A stretch of DNA of 64,000 nucleotides from an uncultured delta proteobacterium (GTDB lineage Bacteria > Desulfobacterota > Binatia > UBA9968): positions 32,001 through 96,000 of the forward strand of contig CAWJZV010000009.1 of the NCBI GenBank assembly GCA_963847445.1, given 5' to 3'. Of the stretch, positions 60,559-64,000 are shown one piece after another; within the stretch, counting starts at the first letter, position 1; each line of letters begins with the position of its first letter. The notes beneath the pieces are model-generated. The model did not search any database, was not told the DNA's origin, and saw only the letters and a program-made list of their open reading frames with translations. Position numbers and translations under genes: made by a program.

Positions 60559-62419
60559 GGTTTGCTCCCGGCGCCTGCACATGCTGTTTTTCGGCGGCCT
60601 GTTTTTGCAGTTCGATGAACTTCTCGAAGACCTGCTTGGCCATCGGCGCCGCCGCTTCACCGCCGTGACCGCCATGCTCGACCAGCACGGCGATGGCGAC
60701 CTGCGGCGACTGCACCGGCGCGTAGGAAACAAACCAGGCATGGTCGCGGGTGAAGCGGCTCAACTGTTCGCTCTTCACATAGCCACCTTTCATTTCGACC
60801 ACCTGGGCGGTGCCGGTCTTGCCGGCCACGTCGATCAGCGGCGAACGCGCCATGCCGCCGGTGCCGCCTTTGACGACATCGGCGAGCGCGTTATGCACGC
60901 GGTTCAGCGTATCCGGTTTCATTTCGATGGTGCGAATCAGCTCGGGGGCGAATTCACGCACGTTGGATCCATCGAGGGATTCGACCTTGCTGACCAAGCG
61001 CGGCCGATAGAGCTTGCCGCCGTTGGCCACCGCGGCCATCATGTTGGCGAGTTGCAACGGCGTCACCGTGACATAACCCTGGCCGATGGCGACCGACAGG
61101 GTTTCGCCGGGAAACCAGGGTTGCCGGTAGCGTTTCATCTTCCACGCAGTGTCGGGAATCATGCCGCCCCGCTCGTCGTCCAAGGCGATGCCAGTCTTCT
61201 CGCCAAGGCCGAAGGCGCGCGCCCATTTGGCGATCTTGTCGACGCCCAGCTTGTTGCCCAACTGGTAATAGTAAGTGTCGCAGGAGATCACCAAGGAATG
61301 ATGTAAATTTACCAAGCCATGACCGCCCTGTTTCCAGTCGCGAAAATTGCGGTTGCCGAAGTGAAAGAAGCCGGGATCGGAAATCTGTGCGTTGGGATCG
61401 ACGACGCCCTCTTCGAGGCCGGCGATGAACATGACGACTTTAAATGTCGATCCCGGTGGAAACTGCCCTTGGGTGGCCCGGTTACTTAACGGCCGCAGCC
61501 GGTCGGTAATCAGAGCATTCCATTCGTTGCCCTTGATGCCGCGGGCGAAAACGTTGGGATCGAAGGCCGGCGTGCTGGCGAGCGCCAAGATCGCCCCCGA
61601 GTTGACATCGATGGCGACGATGGTGCCTTCCTTGCCTTTAAGCGCTTCGAAGGCGGTCTGCTGCATCTGCCGGTCCAAGGTTAAATGCACCGTATAGCCG
61701 GGCACGTCGCTGACTTGGTGCAGCACGCGCACGCGCCGGCCGAGGGCATCGACTTCGACTTGCTGGCCGCCATGTTGACCGCGCAAGACTTCTTCCCAGC
61801 GCCGCTCTAGTCCGGACTGGCCAATCTCATCGCCGATAAGATATCCTTGCTCTTTGTAATTCTTTAATTGACGCTCGTTGATCTCACCCATGTAGCCCAG
61901 GATATGCGCCGTGGTCTCGCCATCGACGTAGTTGCGGCGCGGACGAATACGCAAACTCACGCCGGGCAAATCGAGCTGGTGAGTCTCCACGGCAACCACT
62001 GCGGCCCATTCGATATCCCGGCCCAAGACAATCTCATCGAAGGCCGAGCGGCTCTTGCTGTCTGCGTAAGTCTGCAGCAGTTCGTCAGCGTCCCGCGTGA
62101 GACGACTGGCGAGCACGCGCAATGTCTGCTCGGGCTCCTTGGAGTCTTCCGGAACGAAAATCAGGTCAAATGACGGCCGGCTATCGACCAACAGCTCGCC
62201 ATGGCGATCGTAAATCATGCCGCGGGTGCCGGGAACGCGCTTGAGCCGCACCCGGTTATTCTCGGAGAGGAATGTGTAGCGTTCACCTTGGACCAACTGC
62301 AAGTGGACCAGGCGAGCGATCAAGCCGATGAACACGATAGCGAGCAGCATATAAAGCAAGCTCGCGCGCCGGCGAATCTCCGGAGCGCCATCTTGTTTAT
62401 TGATTTGCAGTGCCGCCAT
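60548..62419 (-). CDS. mrdA: penicillin-binding protein 2
   Basis: RGMIYDR, PPGSTFK (SxxK), SCD, KTGTAQ. Confidence 0.95.
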   Translation of the reverse strand: MAALQINKQDGAPEIRRRASLLYMLLAIVFIGLIARLVHLQLVQGERYTFLSENNRVRLKRVPGTRGMIYDRHGELLVDSRPSFDLIFVPEDSKEPEQTLRVLASRLTRDADELLQTYADSKSRSAFDEIVLGRDIEWAAVVAVETHQLDLPGVSLRIRPRRNYVDGETTAHILGYMGEINERQLKNYKEQGYLIGDEIGQSGLERRWEEVLRGQHGGQQVEVDALGRRVRVLHQVSDVPGYTVHLTLDRQMQQTAFEALKGKEGTIVAIDVNSGAILALASTPAFDPNVFARGIKGNEWNALITDRLRPLSNRATQGQFPPGSTFKVVMFIAGLEEGVVDPNAQISDPGFFHFGNRNFRDWKQGGHGLVNLHHSLVISCDTYYYQLGNKLGVDKIAKWARAFGLGEKTGIALDDERGGMIPDTAWKMKRYRQPWFPGETLSVAIGQGYVTVTPLQLANMMAAVANGGKLYRPRLVSKVESLDGSNVREFAPELIRTIEMKPDTLNRVHNALADVVKGGTGGMARSPLIDVAGKTGTAQVVEMKGGYVKSEQLSRFTRDHAWFVSYAPVQSPQVAIAVLVEHGGHGGEAAAPMAKQVFEKFIELQKQAAEKQHVQAPGANRAD

Positions 62420-62424
62420 CTTTT

Positions 62425-62937
62425 TTATGAAGCCGTGGGATTAAATTGCTCGACGAAACTCTGGCCGCGGCGCAACAGTGCGAAAACCAATGGCGCGAGC
62501 AGCGCAGCCAGCAAGGCTTCCCACAGCACGTAGCGAGCCGCGCCGGCCCAGAATCCGTCGACGCTGAGAAAGATCGCCCAGATCACCACCATCGCCGCGC
62601 CTTTGACCAGAGCGGCGAGCAAGACCACCACAGAACTGACGATCGGATGATGCAACCAGATCGAGCGCGCGCACAGATAGACTGCTAAATAGACCAACGA
62701 CATGGCAAAGGCATTAAAACCCAAGATCGGGCTTGACACGGTATCGATGGAATAGCCCAAGAGAAACGATCCGAGCGCCGCCCCAACCGACGGATGATAG
62801 AGTCCCAAATAAACGCATAGGACGAGAATCAAGTCGGGCACCACCGGACCGATCGGCAACAGTTGGAAAAATGTCGTCTGTAAAACCACCAGAAAAATCC
62901 CGGCAAAGAAGAACAACAAGAACAGTTTCATGGGCAC
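62425..62937 (-). CDS. mreD: rod shape-determining protein MreD
   Basis: Hydrophobic, VPDLILV; lies between mreC and mrdA. Confidence 0.88.
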   Translation of the reverse strand: MPMKLFLLFFFAGIFLVVLQTTFFQLLPIGPVVPDLILVLCVYLGLYHPSVGAALGSFLLGYSIDTVSSPILGFNAFAMSLVYLAVYLCARSIWLHHPIVSSVVVLLAALVKGAAMVVIWAIFLSVDGFWAGAARYVLWEALLAALLAPLVFALLRRGQSFVEQFNPTAS

Positions 62938-62963
62938 ATCGTTTAGAGTAGCGAATCGGCCGG

Positions 62964-63797
62964 CTACTTTTTCGCCGCTTCGGTTTCGCCACTGACAACC
63001 AAGACTTCTTCGACAAGCGAAGCCTGTACCGCGGGCAAAACCTCAACGGATTGAAACAGCCCCCGGCTTTGTTTGCGCACCTTGATCACGGTACCGGCTA
63101 ACATGCCTTTCGGGAAAACGTTATCCAAACCTGAGGTCACCAAGCGGTCGCCTTCTTGCACGTCTTCGCTGCGTTTGACGTATTTTAGCACGGTACCGCT
63201 CTCGAGCGAACCGGAAACGATGCCGCGGCTGCGCGTGCGCTGAACCAATACGTCGATACCGCTGTTCGGGTCGGTGAGCAAGAGCACTTTCGCCGTCCGT
63301 CCCGTGACGGAAACAACCTTGCCGATAACTCCCAAAGGCGTCACCACCGCCATCCCCTTACGCACCCCGTCGGCGCTACCCTTATTGAGAACGCAACTTT
63401 GGAACCAACTGGTGGCGCTGGCGGCGATAATCGATGCGGTAATCGCGCCGGCCGGCAACTCGCTGCGAAAATCGAGGAGCTGTTGCAAACGGCGGTTGGT
63501 CGCTTCGGCTTCTAACAGTCGCTGGCGTTCGATTTCGAGAGTTTGGAGCCGCTTTCTCAGCCGCTCGTTTTCGCTGCGAAACCCGGCGAGGGTATCGTAA
63601 TTATCGCGAAATCCCTTGATCCAATTGGCGGTGCCTTGCCCGGCGATCTGCAACGGCCGGAGAATCCACATCAACAGCGCGCCAATCGGTTCGTTCTTGA
63701 TCTGGCCGCGCGCCGACGCGGTTAAGATATAAAGCGAAAGTAGCAGACAGAAACAGGAGCTGAAGAATATTTGGTTCCTACGTAGGAAAGCAAGCAT
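62964..63797 (-). CDS. mreC: rod shape-determining protein MreC
   Basis: ENERLRK coiled coil, LNKGSADGV, GDRLVTSG, FPKG. Confidence 0.93.
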   Translation of the reverse strand: MLAFLRRNQIFFSSCFCLLLSLYILTASARGQIKNEPIGALLMWILRPLQIAGQGTANWIKGFRDNYDTLAGFRSENERLRKRLQTLEIERQRLLEAEATNRRLQQLLDFRSELPAGAITASIIAASATSWFQSCVLNKGSADGVRKGMAVVTPLGVIGKVVSVTGRTAKVLLLTDPNSGIDVLVQRTRSRGIVSGSLESGTVLKYVKRSEDVQEGDRLVTSGLDNVFPKGMLAGTVIKVRKQSRGLFQSVEVLPAVQASLVEEVLVVSGETEAAKK

Positions 63798-63843
63798 GGC
63801 AGGCTCGATCATACCCGAAACACGGAATCCATCCGAGCCCGGT

Positions 63844-64000
<157 letters not shown>

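Overview
GC-rich bacterial chromosome window. Gene content and style (many orphan solute-binding proteins, kds-pyrG-lpt-rpoN-PTS(Ntr)-metK-ahcY synteny, dense 7-9-mer intergenic arrays) suggest a deltaproteobacterial-type lineage such as Candidatus Binatia; this is inference. Housekeeping blocks: hemW; kdsB-pyrG-kdsA-kdsD-kdsC-lptCAB-rpoN-ptsN-rapZ-HPr-metK-ahcY; putA; tlpA-ccdA-folE-pepA-trxA; mreB-mreC-mreD-mrdA-rodA. At least ten genes carry single-base frameshifts, including conserved ones (lptC, folE), which points to long-read indel errors; two apparent fusions (folE-pepA, HDO-Kelch) are probably artefacts. Main accessory findings: (1) a non-canonical nitrile/thiocyanate hydratase-like operon (cupin, asparaginase-fold protein, Co-type alpha subunit with a repeated N-terminal extension, half-size beta subunit); (2) a roughly 14.5 kb two-component/cyclic-nucleotide locus containing a cNMP-binding + TPR + DASS transporter fusion and a complete sigma-54 promoter; (3) an unannotated 15-aa poly-lysine micro-ORF inside a structured transcript with its own promoter and terminator; (4) an OsmC-family selenoprotein candidate (in-frame UGA plus SECIS-like hairpin); (5) a four-helix-bundle gene inside heptamer-repeat ends that also occur as an empty site; (6) a defence-like islet with an SBD-HNH nuclease, a cysteine desulfurase, a toxin/immunity-like pair and a decayed duplicate of the desulfurase 3' end. 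No rRNA, tRNA, CRISPR array or transposase was recognised.
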